Assembly: GCF_018977255.1 (NCBI RefSeq)
Contig: NW_024704742.1
Coordinates: 74,960,001 to 75,024,000, forward strand
Direction: 5' to 3'
DNA length: 64,000 bases
Source: Callorhinchus milii
Lineage: Eukaryota
In this document: piece by piece, positions 63,370 through 64,000 of the stretch
Layout of the letters: the number at the start of each line of letters is the position of its first letter
Numbering within the stretch: the first letter of the stretch is position 1
Position numbers and translations under genes: made by a program
The notes under the pieces: generated by a model
The model's database searches: none
What the model saw: only the letters and a program-made list of their open reading frames with translations
What the model was told of the DNA's origin: nothing

Positions 63370-64000
63370 AACGTTGAACGTCAACAAGACCGAGGTATTC
63401 CTGATTGGCTCCTGTCAGACCCTCCACACCTCTGGTGCATCCATGGATGCACACTCCACCTTACTAAGCCAGTCCGGAACTTGAGGTCTTGTTTGACCCT
63501 CAACTATTCTTTCTAGCCCACATCCCATGCCATGACCCGCTCTGCCTTCCCCCACCTCCACAACATCACCCGGCTCTGCCACTGTCTCACACCGCAGGCC
63601 ACCAAAACCCTCGTACACGCATTCATAACATCCAGACTTGACTACGCAAACTCCTTGCTTGTCAGCCTGCCTAACTCCTCCCTCCATAAACTGCAGATCT
63701 TCCAGAACTCTGCAGCCCGTGTCTTCTCCCACACCAGGGTCTATGACCCTATCAGCCCCATCCTCGCCCGACTCCACTGGCTTCCCATCACACAGAGGAT
63801 ACAGTTCAAGATCCCGGTCCTCACCTTCAAAGCCCTACCTCTGCGACCTCCTAACTCCCTACCAAACTGCCCACTCCCTCTGTTCGGTGGGCTCCGGCCT
63901 GCTTCACATCCCCTGCCTCGCCCGCACCACCATTGGCGGGCGGGCCTTCAGCCACTCTGCCCCCACCTTCAGGAACTCTATCTGCAGTCCGTCCGCCTAG
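63370..64000 (+). mobile_element. L2 LINE 3' region, runs off the window
   Basis: LNVNKTE, SRLDYANSLL, LHWLP, TIGGRAFS. Confidence 0.9.

Noticed and set aside
1..64000. CRISPR arrays, rRNA or prokaryotic defence systems
   Set aside because: Spliceosomal gene structure throughout; recurring repeats are dispersed SINE/LINE copies, not repeat-spacer arrays.

Overview
Vertebrate genomic DNA. The L2/CR1/DeuSINE repeat content suggests a cartilaginous fish, possibly a chimaera (inference). Three intron-containing genes were reconstructed by hand from splice sites and reading phases. (1) A 4-exon single-domain Kazal/SPINK-type protease inhibitor on the minus strand (about 3087-5759), which the ORF track largely misses. 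(2) A complete mitochondrial inorganic pyrophosphatase PPA2 on the plus strand (11 coding exons found, 7940-35807, 312 aa). (3) The 3' six coding exons and long 3' UTR of TET2 on the minus strand (62757 to about 41800), convergent with PPA2 as in other vertebrates. Introns and intergenic DNA are dense with L2, CR1 and RTE LINE fragments, a young tRNA-Ala-derived SINE, DeuSINE-domain SINEs and older LF-SINE/AmnSINE2-like relics. Most short ORFs in the track are repeat-derived or spurious. The best leads are the SPINK gene head-to-head with PPA2, a cluster of TGATTGACAG (PBX-PREP/MEIS) decamers in a PPA2 intron, a dense miR-29/26/22/125/101/let-7 site array in the TET2 3' UTR, and oddities of PPA2 exon 1. 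Family assignments and comparisons to human genes are from recalled sequences, not database searches; repeat boundaries are approximate.
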